Source: Candidatus Eiseniibacteriota bacterium
GTDB lineage: Bacteria > Eisenbacteria > RBG-16-71-46
NCBI GenBank assembly: GCA_963717935.1
Contig: CAVQXP010000004.1
Coordinates: 704,001-768,000, forward strand
Direction: 5' to 3'
Length of the DNA: 64,000 nucleotides
The position numbers were made by a program, and so were the translations under genes. Under the pieces are notes generated by a model. The model was not told where the DNA came from. It saw nothing but the letters and a program-made list of their open reading frames with translations, and searched no databases. This document shows, piece by piece, positions 31,898 to 40,017 of the stretch. Numbering within the stretch: position 1 is the stretch's first letter; every line of letters begins with the position of its first letter.

Positions 31898-32695
31898 ATG
31901 CGCATCCCCTCGTCCCCGGTCGCGTGGTGTGCCGCGTTCCCGGTCTTGATTCTGCTGCTGGCTCAGCCCACCCTTTCCCAGCCCGGGCACGGCCGCTCGG
32001 ACGAACTGCTCGGGCAGGCCGCCGAGCGCTACGCCCACGCGGACCTCAAGGGCGCCCGGGCCAGCTACCTGGAGGCATTGAGCGCCGCGCCCGGGCGTTT
32101 CACGGTGCTTCACCGCCTGGCCCGCGTCGAGTCCATGCTGGCCGAGGACGCCTCGGGAGAGGACGCCCGCCGGCTCGTGGCGGCGGCTGTCGAGCACGCC
32201 CGCGAGGCGGTCAAGACCGCCCCGGACAGCGCGGCCGGCCACCTGGAGTTGGCGGTGGCGCTGGGGCGGCAGGCCCTCAAGGAAGGGCCCAAGACCCAGC
32301 TCTCGCTCTCCCGGGAGATCAAGTCCGAGGTGGAACGGACCCTGGCCCTGGACCCGGCCCTGGGCCGGGCCTGGCACGTCCTGGCGCTGTGGAACCGCAA
32401 GCTCGCGAGCCTCAATCTCATCGAGCGCACCGTCGCCAAGACCGTCCTGGGGGGGGTGCCGAAGGGGGCTTCGATGGAGAACGCGGTGGCGGACCTGCAG
32501 AAGGCCATCGAATTGGAGCCTGCCTACGTGAACCACCGGCTCGAGCTGGGGCGGACGTTCATGCAGCTGAAGCGCCGCGACGAAGCGCGTCGCGAGCTGG
32601 AACGCGCGGTCGCCCTGCCACCCGCGGGCGGCCCGCTCGACCCGAAATACAAGGCCGAGGCGCAGGAGTTGCTGGCCCGGCTCAAGAAGAACTGA
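31898..32695 (+). CDS. Exported tetratricopeptide-repeat protein
   Basis: RBS GGAGG; signal peptide; helical TPR-type repeats ('AIELEP', 'ARRELERAVAL'). Confidence 0.8.
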   Translation: MRIPSSPVAWCAAFPVLILLLAQPTLSQPGHGRSDELLGQAAERYAHADLKGARASYLEALSAAPGRFTVLHRLARVESMLAEDASGEDARRLVAAAVEHAREAVKTAPDSAAGHLELAVALGRQALKEGPKTQLSLSREIKSEVERTLALDPALGRAWHVLALWNRKLASLNLIERTVAKTVLGGVPKGASMENAVADLQKAIELEPAYVNHRLELGRTFMQLKRRDEARRELERAVALPPAGGPLDPKYKAEAQELLARLKKN

Positions 32696-32708
32696 CGCCC
32701 GGCTCCTC

Positions 32709-33995
32709 ATGACCGCCCCTGCGGTCTGGATCCTGGGCGGAATCCGCACGCCTTTCGCCAGGGCGGGGACGGCGCTCCGCCTCATGAGCGTCGTCGAGCT
32801 CGGGCGTCTGGCCGTGGGCGAGCTGCTGGCGCGCCACGAGTTGGATCCGGCGCGACTCGACGAGGTCATCCTGGGCAACTGCGCCCAGCCGGCCGAGGCC
32901 GCCAACGTCGCGCGCGTGACCGCCCTGCGCGCCGGCATCCCCGAGCGCGTGCCCGGACTGACCGTGCACCGCAACTGTGCCTCCGGCATGGAAGCCGTGG
33001 GGCTGGCCGCGGAGCGTATCCAGCTCGGGCGCGCGCAGCTCGTCCTGGCCGGCGGCATGGAATCCATGAGCCAGGTCCCGCTGCTGTTCCCGCCCGAATT
33101 CGGCGTCTGGCTCGAAGGCGTGACCCGGGCGAAACACCCGCTCGCGCGCCTGGGCGCGGCACTGCGCTTCCGGCCCGCGCTGCTGCGGCCGCGGCCCGCG
33201 TTGCTCGAGGCGCTGCACGACCCGGTGTGCGGGCTCGGCATGGGGGAGACCGCGGAGCTCCTGGCACGCGAGTTCGACCTGCGGCGCGAGCGCCAGGACG
33301 AGTTCGCGCTCCTGAGCCACCAGCGTGCGGTGGCGGCGCGCGAAAGGCTGCGCGAGGAGATCGTGCCGGTCTTCCCGCCGCCCACCTGCGAGCTGATGCG
33401 CGACGACGCGGGGCCGCGCGAGGACCAGACGCTCGAGCAACTGGCGCGACTTCGGCCTTGCTTCGACCGGCGCAACGGCACGGTCACCGTGGGCAACGCC
33501 TGCCCGGTCACCGATGGGGCGGTGGCCCTCCTGGTCGGTGGCGAGGAGGCCGCGCGTGACTGGCCCGTGCCGCCGCTGGGGCGGGTGCGGGCCTGGGCGG
33601 TCGCGGGGCTCGAACCGCGGCGCATGGGGCTCGGGCCGGTCCACGCCATCGCGCGCGTGCTCGACGAGACCGGGTTTTCGCTCGAGGATTTCGAACTGTT
33701 CGAGATCAACGAAGCCTTCGCCGTTCAGGTGCTGGCCTGTCTCGAGGCGGCCAGGTCCGTGCCGTTCGCGCGCGCCGAACTGGGCCGCGACCGGGCGCTG
33801 GGCGAGATCCCGCTCGAGCGGCTCAACGTGAACGGCGGGGCCATCGCGCTGGGGCACCCGGTGGGGGCGAGCGGGGCGCGGCTGCTGCTCACGCTGCTGC
33901 TCGAGATGCGCCGCCGCGGGGCGAAGCGCGGGCTCGCGGCGCTGTGCGTGGGTGGCGGACAGGGCGCTGCCTTCGTGCTGGAGCGTGACGGATGA
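32709..33995 (+). CDS. fadI: Acetyl-CoA C-acyltransferase (thiolase, FadA/FadI type)
   Basis: 'RNCASG', 'INEAFA', 'GGAIALGHPVGASG', 'LCVGGGQG'. Confidence 0.92.
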   Translation: MTAPAVWILGGIRTPFARAGTALRLMSVVELGRLAVGELLARHELDPARLDEVILGNCAQPAEAANVARVTALRAGIPERVPGLTVHRNCASGMEAVGLAAERIQLGRAQLVLAGGMESMSQVPLLFPPEFGVWLEGVTRAKHPLARLGAALRFRPALLRPRPALLEALHDPVCGLGMGETAELLAREFDLRRERQDEFALLSHQRAVAARERLREEIVPVFPPPTCELMRDDAGPREDQTLEQLARLRPCFDRRNGTVTVGNACPVTDGAVALLVGGEEAARDWPVPPLGRVRAWAVAGLEPRRMGLGPVHAIARVLDETGFSLEDFELFEINEAFAVQVLACLEAARSVPFARAELGRDRALGEIPLERLNVNGGAIALGHPVGASGARLLLTLLLEMRRRGAKRGLAALCVGGGQGAAFVLERDG

Positions 33996-36157
33996 GCGTG
34001 TTCCACGTCGAGTTCCTGCCGTCGGGTGTGCCGGGTCCGGAGGGGATCGCCCACCTCGTGATGGACGACCCCACACGGCGGGTGAACGTCATCGACGAGC
34101 AGGCGCTCGGGGACCTCGAGTCCGCGCTCGAGCTGCTCGAAGGCCGGCCGGACCTCGGCGGGCTGGTCGTGCGGAGCGGCAAGCCCGGCACCTTCGTCGC
34201 CGGCGCCGACGTGGACGCGATCGCCGCACTCACGGACCGCGCGCTGGCGCTGGCCCTGGTCCGGCGCGCGCAGGCGGCCTTCGCGCGCCTGGCCGCGCTG
34301 CCCTTCCCGACGGTCGCGGCCATCGACGGGCCCTGCCTGGGCGGGGGCACCGAGCTGGCGCTGGCCTGCCGCTCGCGCGTCGCCGCTCAGGAACCGCACA
34401 CGCGGATCGGGTTGCCCGAGGTCCCGCTCGGCATCATCCCGGGCTCCGGCGGAACCACGCGCCTGCCGGGACTCGTGGGGCTCTCGACCGCGCTGGACCT
34501 CATCCTCACGGGTCGCACGCTGGACGCGCGGGGCGCCGAACGCGCGGGGCTGGTCGAGCGCGCGGTGCCCGGCGTGTGGCTCATCGAGCACGCGCACCGG
34601 CGCCTGGCCGAACTGGCGGCGCGCGGGCGGAGCCACGGGCGCGCCGGCGTCCGCTGGCGGCCGCGGGGACTGCGCTCGTGGTTCATGGATGGAACGCCGT
34701 TCGGGCGGGGCCTGACGTTCGCTCGCGCGCGGGCGATGACGAAGGCGCGCACCGGCGGGCACTACCCGGCGGCGGACGCCGCGCTCAGCGTCCTGCACCA
34801 CGGCTTCGCCCAGCCCATCGAGGCTTCGCTGCGGCTCGAGGCCGAGTGGGTGAGCGACCTGATCGTCGGGCCGGTGTGCAAGAACCTGGTGCGCGGCTTC
34901 CGGCTCGCCGAGCGAGCGCGCAGGGAGTCGCTGCCCGGGATGGAGGAGGCAGCCCCCGTCGAGCGGCTCCAGGTCGTAGGTGCGGGGGCGATGGGCACCG
35001 GTGTCGCCGAACTCGCCAGCCGGCACGGGATCGAGGTGCGGCTGCGCGACACCGATCCGGCCGCGCTGGCGCGCGCGATGCGCGCGGTGCGCGCGCGCGT
35101 CGCCGAACGCTCGGGCCGGCCTGGGGCCGCGCGGCACGAGACCGAGGGGCAGCTCGCGCGCATCTTCCCCAGTCCGGATCTGGCCGGCCTGAAGCGCGCG
35201 GATCTCGCGATCGAGGCGGTGGTGGAGGATCTGGACGTCAAGCGCCGGGTGTTCGGCGAACTCGAGGTCCGCATGCGACCCGACGCGGTGCTGGCGACCA
35301 ACACCTCCTCGCTCTCCGTGGACGAGCTGGCCGCGGGGCTCGAGCGCCCGCAGCGCTTCGTCGGGATGCATTTCTTCAATCCGGTCCACCGCATGCCGCT
35401 GGTCGAGGTGGTGCGCGGCGCGAAGACGTCGGCAGTGGCGCTGGCCACGGCCGTCACGCTGGCGCGGCGGCTGGGCAGGACCCCGATCGTGGTGAACGAC
35501 GGACCCGGGTTCGTCGTGAACCGGGTGCTGACGCCCTATCTGCGGGAGGCGTTTCACCTGGTCGAGGATGGCTACCGCGTGGCCGACGTGGACGCGGCCA
35601 TGCGGGCCTTCGGCATGCCCAGGGGGCCCTTCGAGGTGATGGACGATGTGGGCCTCGGCGTCACCGCGAACGTGGCCGCGGTCCTGGGCCGGGCGTTCCC
35701 CGGGCGCGTCGCACCCGTGCCGCAACTCGACGCTCTGCTGAAGGCGGGGCTCCTGGGACGGAAGAGCGGCGCGGGGTTCTACCGTTACTGGAGTGGACGG
35801 CGCACGCTGGATCCGCTGGCCGCGCGGCTACTGCGTCCCGCGCGCGAGCGCCGACCCGCGAGCCTCGAGGTCCTCGCCGAGCGGATGACGCTCGCCATGG
35901 TGAACGAGGCCGCGCACTGCCTCGCCGATGGCGTGGTGGCGGACGCCGGGACGCTGGACCTGGCGCTGCTCTGCGGCGCCGGTTTCCCGCCCTACCGCGG
36001 CGGTCCGCTGCGCCACGCCGACGCGCTGGGACTCGCCAGGGTGGAAGCCCGGCTGACGGCGCTGCGCGCCGAGAAGGGCGAGCGCTTCAAGCCCGCGCCG
36101 CTCATCGAGGAACTCGCGGCCCGGGGCGGAACGTTCACGGAGCCGGCGAGCGGGTAG
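33992..36157 (+). CDS. fadJ: Fatty-acid oxidation complex alpha subunit (enoyl-CoA hydratase/3-hydroxyacyl-CoA dehydrogenase)
   Basis: 'FVAGAD', 'GGGTELALAC', 'LPEV', 'GAGAMG', 'ATNTSSL', 'HFFNPV', 'GRKSGAGFY'. Confidence 0.93.
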   Translation: MSVFHVEFLPSGVPGPEGIAHLVMDDPTRRVNVIDEQALGDLESALELLEGRPDLGGLVVRSGKPGTFVAGADVDAIAALTDRALALALVRRAQAAFARLAALPFPTVAAIDGPCLGGGTELALACRSRVAAQEPHTRIGLPEVPLGIIPGSGGTTRLPGLVGLSTALDLILTGRTLDARGAERAGLVERAVPGVWLIEHAHRRLAELAARGRSHGRAGVRWRPRGLRSWFMDGTPFGRGLTFARARAMTKARTGGHYPAADAALSVLHHGFAQPIEASLRLEAEWVSDLIVGPVCKNLVRGFRLAERARRESLPGMEEAAPVERLQVVGAGAMGTGVAELASRHGIEVRLRDTDPAALARAMRAVRARVAERSGRPGAARHETEGQLARIFPSPDLAGLKRADLAIEAVVEDLDVKRRVFGELEVRMRPDAVLATNTSSLSVDELAAGLERPQRFVGMHFFNPVHRMPLVEVVRGAKTSAVALATAVTLARRLGRTPIVVNDGPGFVVNRVLTPYLREAFHLVEDGYRVADVDAAMRAFGMPRGPFEVMDDVGLGVTANVAAVLGRAFPGRVAPVPQLDALLKAGLLGRKSGAGFYRYWSGRRTLDPLAARLLRPARERRPASLEVLAERMTLAMVNEAAHCLADGVVADAGTLDLALLCGAGFPPYRGGPLRHADALGLARVEARLTALRAEKGERFKPAPLIEELAARGGTFTEPASG

Positions 36158-36464
36158 GCCCGCACCGCCGGCGGTGGCCGCCCGGCGGCGCACGCTCCGA
36201 CCGGAATGCGGAAACGCCCGGCTGGTGGGCCGGGCGTCTGCCGTGGGAGGCCGGAGCTTGCCCACTCCGGGACCCTGCTCGCAACTCTGGAACACTCGCA
36301 CGACTGGCTAGCTCGCTCGCCACGTTCTCGCGTACGTGACGCTACTATTGACGCTCCGAACGGCCGATAAGTTGCAACGCGCGCGCAAAGAACGCGGCGA
36401 AGGGGACCAGCGCGGTGGTGCGGGCGACGAAAGCCGCGTTCATTGGGGTTTTCGCGGGCCTTGC

Positions 36465-36492
36465 TTGACTTCCTGCTGACCTCGGGCATAGT
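36465..36492 (+). promoter_or_regulatory. Putative sigma-70 promoter upstream of the gdh leader
   Basis: TTGACT-16 nt-CATAGT. Confidence 0.4.
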
Positions 36493-36499
36493 TGATTCG

Positions 36500-36680
36500 G
36501 GTTTTCGGGCCCACCCCCATGGGGGGGCACACGGGTCCGACGGCTGTTCCCCCGCTTACCGCGGCCGTCCGGCCGCGCGACCCGAGCGCGGGGGTGCTGA
36601 CGGGAGCACCGGTACACGGCCATGGATCTGCTGTCGCGCTCGAGGGGCTCGTCGCCTGACCGGGAGACGGGTTCTTTTCA
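36500..36680 (+). ncRNA. Candidate structured leader or small RNA ending in a terminator-like hairpin with U-tract
   Basis: Stems 36505-12/36533-40, 36549-55/36588-94, 36593-98/36605-10 and 36645-53/36666-74 followed by TTTT. Confidence 0.35.
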
Positions 36681-36875
36681 TTGGTGCGCGGGTGGCCACG
36701 GCCCGGCCGTGTCTTTCGCCCGATTCTCCGCGGCGGCGTTCGCGCCGGCGCGGTACCTGATCCGGCTGGCTCCGCGCCATGCGGGCCGGACCGACTTCGC
36801 CGTTCCTACCGCCGTTGGGCACTCCGACACGCACGTCGTCGCGGTCGCCCCCGGCCGGGCTTCCAGGAGAGACTC

Positions 36876-38162
36876 ATGAGCACGAAGGGGTTCAATTCGT
36901 TCGAGATCGCCCAGGCCCAGTTCGACCAGGTCGCCGCACTGCTCGATCTGGACGCCGGGACGCGCGAGTTCCTGCGCTGGCCGATGCGGGAGTACGCCTT
37001 CAGCATCCCGGTGCGCATGGACGACGGGCACGTGAAGGTCTTCCGCGGCTTCCGCGTGCAGCACAACGACGCCCGCGGACCCTCGAAGGGTGGCATCCGC
37101 TTCCACCCGCAGGAGACCGTGGACACGGTGCGCGCCCTCTCCATGTGGATGACCTGGAAGTGCGCGGTGGTGGACATCCCGCTGGGCGGCGGCAAGGGCG
37201 GCGTGATCTGCGACCCGCACAACCTGAGTGCCCGCGAGCAGGAGCAGATCTGCCGTGGCTGGGTGCGGCAGCTGGTGCGCAACGTGGGTCCGGTCCAGGA
37301 CGTCCCGGCGCCCGACGTCATGACCAACGCGCAGCACATGCTGTGGATGCTCGACGAGTTCGAGGCGGTGCGCGGCGGCCGCTACCCCGGGTTCATCACC
37401 GGCAAGCCCGTCGGCCTGGGTGGCTCGCTGGGGCGCACCGAAGCGACCGGCTACGGCGTGGTCTTCACGCTGCGCGAGGCGCTGCGCGAGCACGGCGTCG
37501 CGGTCGAATCCACGCGCGCCAGCGTGCAGGGCTTCGGCAACGTGTCCCAGTACGCCATCCGGCTCTACGAGCAGCTCGGCGGCAAGGTCATCTGCGTGTC
37601 CTCGTGGGACCAGAAGGACCAGGCCTCGTATTCCTTCAAGCGGGTCTCCGGCGTGGACATGGACCAGCTGGTGGGCATCACCGACGTCTTCGGCGGCATC
37701 GACAAGGAGAAGGCGAAGAAGCTCGGCTACGAGGTGCTGCCGGGCGACGCGTGGATCGAGCAGCCGGTCGAGATCCTGATGCCCTGCGCGCTCGAGAACC
37801 AGATCACGCCCGTGACCGTGAAGAAGATCCACGCGGCCGTGAAGTTCGTGGCCGAGGGCGCCAATGGTCCCACCACCACCGAGGCCGACGCGGTGCTCAA
37901 GGACCGGGGGATCTACCTGATCCCGGACTTCCTGGCCAACGCGGGCGGCGTGACCTGCAGCTACTTCGAGCAGGTGCAGTGCAACATGAACTACTACTGG
38001 GACAAGGACGAGGTGCTGGGCAAGCTCGACAGCAAGATGACCTCGGCCTTCCTCGCGGTGAGCGAGCTGGCGCGCGAGCGCAAGCTGTACATGCGTGACG
38101 CCGCCTATGTCATCGCCATCAACCGCGTCGCCCAGGCCTGCAAGGACCGCGGCTGGGTGTGA
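36876..38162 (+). CDS. gdhA: Glutamate dehydrogenase (Glu/Leu/Phe/Val dehydrogenase family)
   Basis: RBS AGGAG; 'GPSKGGIRF', 'MTWK', 'GGGKGG', 'DVPAPD', 'QGFGNV', 'EGANGP', 'NAGGVTCSYFE'. Confidence 0.95.
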   Translation: MSTKGFNSFEIAQAQFDQVAALLDLDAGTREFLRWPMREYAFSIPVRMDDGHVKVFRGFRVQHNDARGPSKGGIRFHPQETVDTVRALSMWMTWKCAVVDIPLGGGKGGVICDPHNLSAREQEQICRGWVRQLVRNVGPVQDVPAPDVMTNAQHMLWMLDEFEAVRGGRYPGFITGKPVGLGGSLGRTEATGYGVVFTLREALREHGVAVESTRASVQGFGNVSQYAIRLYEQLGGKVICVSSWDQKDQASYSFKRVSGVDMDQLVGITDVFGGIDKEKAKKLGYEVLPGDAWIEQPVEILMPCALENQITPVTVKKIHAAVKFVAEGANGPTTTEADAVLKDRGIYLIPDFLANAGGVTCSYFEQVQCNMNYYWDKDEVLGKLDSKMTSAFLAVSELARERKLYMRDAAYVIAINRVAQACKDRGWV

Positions 38163-38214
38163 CGGCGGGAGCCGGGGCGGCGCGCGACGCCGCCCCGGCG
38201 ACGCGGTCCCGACC

Positions 38215-40017
38215 ATGAACAGCGACGCTACGGGCGGCCAGGGGTTGCCGCGGTTCGACCGCCGCTTCTTCGAGGGGCGGGAGACCTTCACCACCATCGG
38301 CTCGGGCGCTCTCGGGGGCAAGGCCTCGGGATTGCTCGCCGCGCGTGAAGCGCTGGCGGACCGGCCGGCGGCCCTGCGCCATGAGGACCTGGAGATCTCG
38401 GTCCCGACGCTCACCGTGATCACCACCAACGCGTTCGACCTGTTCCTCGAGCGTAACCGCCTCCACGAGCTGGTCTACTCGGGCTCCGACGACCGCCAGA
38501 TCGCGGCCGCGCTGCAGCGAGCGGAGCTTCCCACGGAGATCGTGGGCGACCTGTGGGCGCTCGTCCGGCGGGTCCACACGCCGCTGGCGGTGCGCTCTTC
38601 GAGCCTGCTCGAGGACGCGCTGGCGCACCCGTTCGCCGGCGTGTACGCGACCAAGATGATCCCCAACAACCCGCACGACCCCGAGACCCGCTTTCGCAAG
38701 CTGGTCGAGGCGGTCAAGTTCGTCTACGCCTCGACCTTCTTCCGCGCGGCGCGCACCTACGTGCGCGTGGCCGGCCGGAAGCCGGAGGAGGAGAAGATGG
38801 CGGTGATCGTGCAGGAGGTGGTGGGGCACCGGCACGGCCCGCGCTTCTACCCCGAGGTCGCGGGGGTGGCCCGCTCGTGGAACTTCTACCCGACGGGACA
38901 CGCGCAGCCGGCCGACGGTGTGCTGGACCTGGCGCTCGGTCTGGGCCGGACCATCGTGGACGGCGGGCGCGCGTGGACCTGCTCGCCCGCCCACCCGCGC
39001 TCGGTGCCGCCGTTCAACTCGGTGGGCCACATGATCGAGCAGAGCCAGAGCGAGTTCTGGGCGGTGAACATGGGCCCGCCTCCGGCGTACGACCCCACGA
39101 TCGAGACGGAATACCTGGTGCAGGCGGGCCTCGCCGACGCCGAGGCGGACGGGACGCTGGTCCACGTCGCCTCGACCTACGACCCCGACTCGGACCGCGT
39201 CGTCATGGGGGTGGGATCCAGCGGCCCGCGCATCGTGGATTTCGCGCCGATGCTGCGGCTGGCGCGGTGGCCGGTGATCGAGGCGGTGCGCGGCCTGCTC
39301 GCGCTCTTCGCCGCCCGCCTGGGCGCCCCCGTGGAGATCGAGTTCGCGCTCACCTTCCCCGACCCGTCTGCGAAGGGTGCCCGGCCTTCCCCCGGCGCCC
39401 CGGAGGGCCTCCCCGCCCGCCTGGGCTTCCTGCAGGTGCGGCCGATGCTGGTCAGCAGCCAGACGGTCGAGATCGGGGAGGATGAACTTGCCGGTCCGCG
39501 GGCCGTGGTGCGCTCCGAGCACGTCATGGGGAACGGGGTCATCGAGGGCCTCCGCGATGTCGTGTACGTGAAGCCCGAGGTCTTCGAGGCGCGCCATACG
39601 CCGGCGATCGCCGCGGAGGTGGACCGCCTGAACCAGGCGCTGGTCGAGGAGGGCCGGTCCTGCGTGCTGGTCGGCTTCGGCCGCTGGGGCAGCGCCGATC
39701 CCTGGCTGGGCATCCCGGTCGAGTGGGCCCAGATCGCGAGCGCACGCGTCATCGTCGAGGCGAGCCTGCCGGCCATGAACGTGGACATGAGCCAGGGCGC
39801 GCATTTCTTTCACAACCTGCTGAGCTTCCGCGTGGTCTACTTCTCCGTGCCGGGCCTCGACGCGTCGGGGATCGACTGGGAGTGGCTGCGCGGGCTCCCG
39901 GCCCGGCGGGAGACCGATTTCGTACGGCACGTGGAGACGCCGGCGCCCCTGCTCGTGAGGGTGGACGGCCGCCGGGGCCGGGGTGTGGTGCTGCGCGGCA
40001 TGGGGGGGGACGCATGA
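38215..40017 (+). CDS. PPDK_N (ATP-grasp dikinase-like) protein lacking the pyruvate-binding barrel
   Basis: 'LGGKASGL', 'LAVRSSSLLED', 'FAGVY', 'EIEFA', 'LQVRP', then 'GRWGS...SQGAHFF'. Confidence 0.88.
   Translation: MNSDATGGQGLPRFDRRFFEGRETFTTIGSGALGGKASGLLAAREALADRPAALRHEDLEISVPTLTVITTNAFDLFLERNRLHELVYSGSDDRQIAAALQRAELPTEIVGDLWALVRRVHTPLAVRSSSLLEDALAHPFAGVYATKMIPNNPHDPETRFRKLVEAVKFVYASTFFRAARTYVRVAGRKPEEEKMAVIVQEVVGHRHGPRFYPEVAGVARSWNFYPTGHAQPADGVLDLALGLGRTIVDGGRAWTCSPAHPRSVPPFNSVGHMIEQSQSEFWAVNMGPPPAYDPTIETEYLVQAGLADAEADGTLVHVASTYDPDSDRVVMGVGSSGPRIVDFAPMLRLARWPVIEAVRGLLALFAARLGAPVEIEFALTFPDPSAKGARPSPGAPEGLPARLGFLQVRPMLVSSQTVEIGEDELAGPRAVVRSEHVMGNGVIEGLRDVVYVKPEVFEARHTPAIAAEVDRLNQALVEEGRSCVLVGFGRWGSADPWLGIPVEWAQIASARVIVEASLPAMNVDMSQGAHFFHNLLSFRVVYFSVPGLDASGIDWEWLRGLPARRETDFVRHVETPAPLLVRVDGRRGRGVVLRGMGGDA

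Noticed and set aside
36575..36610. c-di-AMP riboswitch-like 'CCCGTCAGC' on the minus strand, and a guanidine-II-like GACGG loop
   Set aside because: The first has the wrong orientation and lacks the other conserved blocks; the second lacks a paired second hairpin
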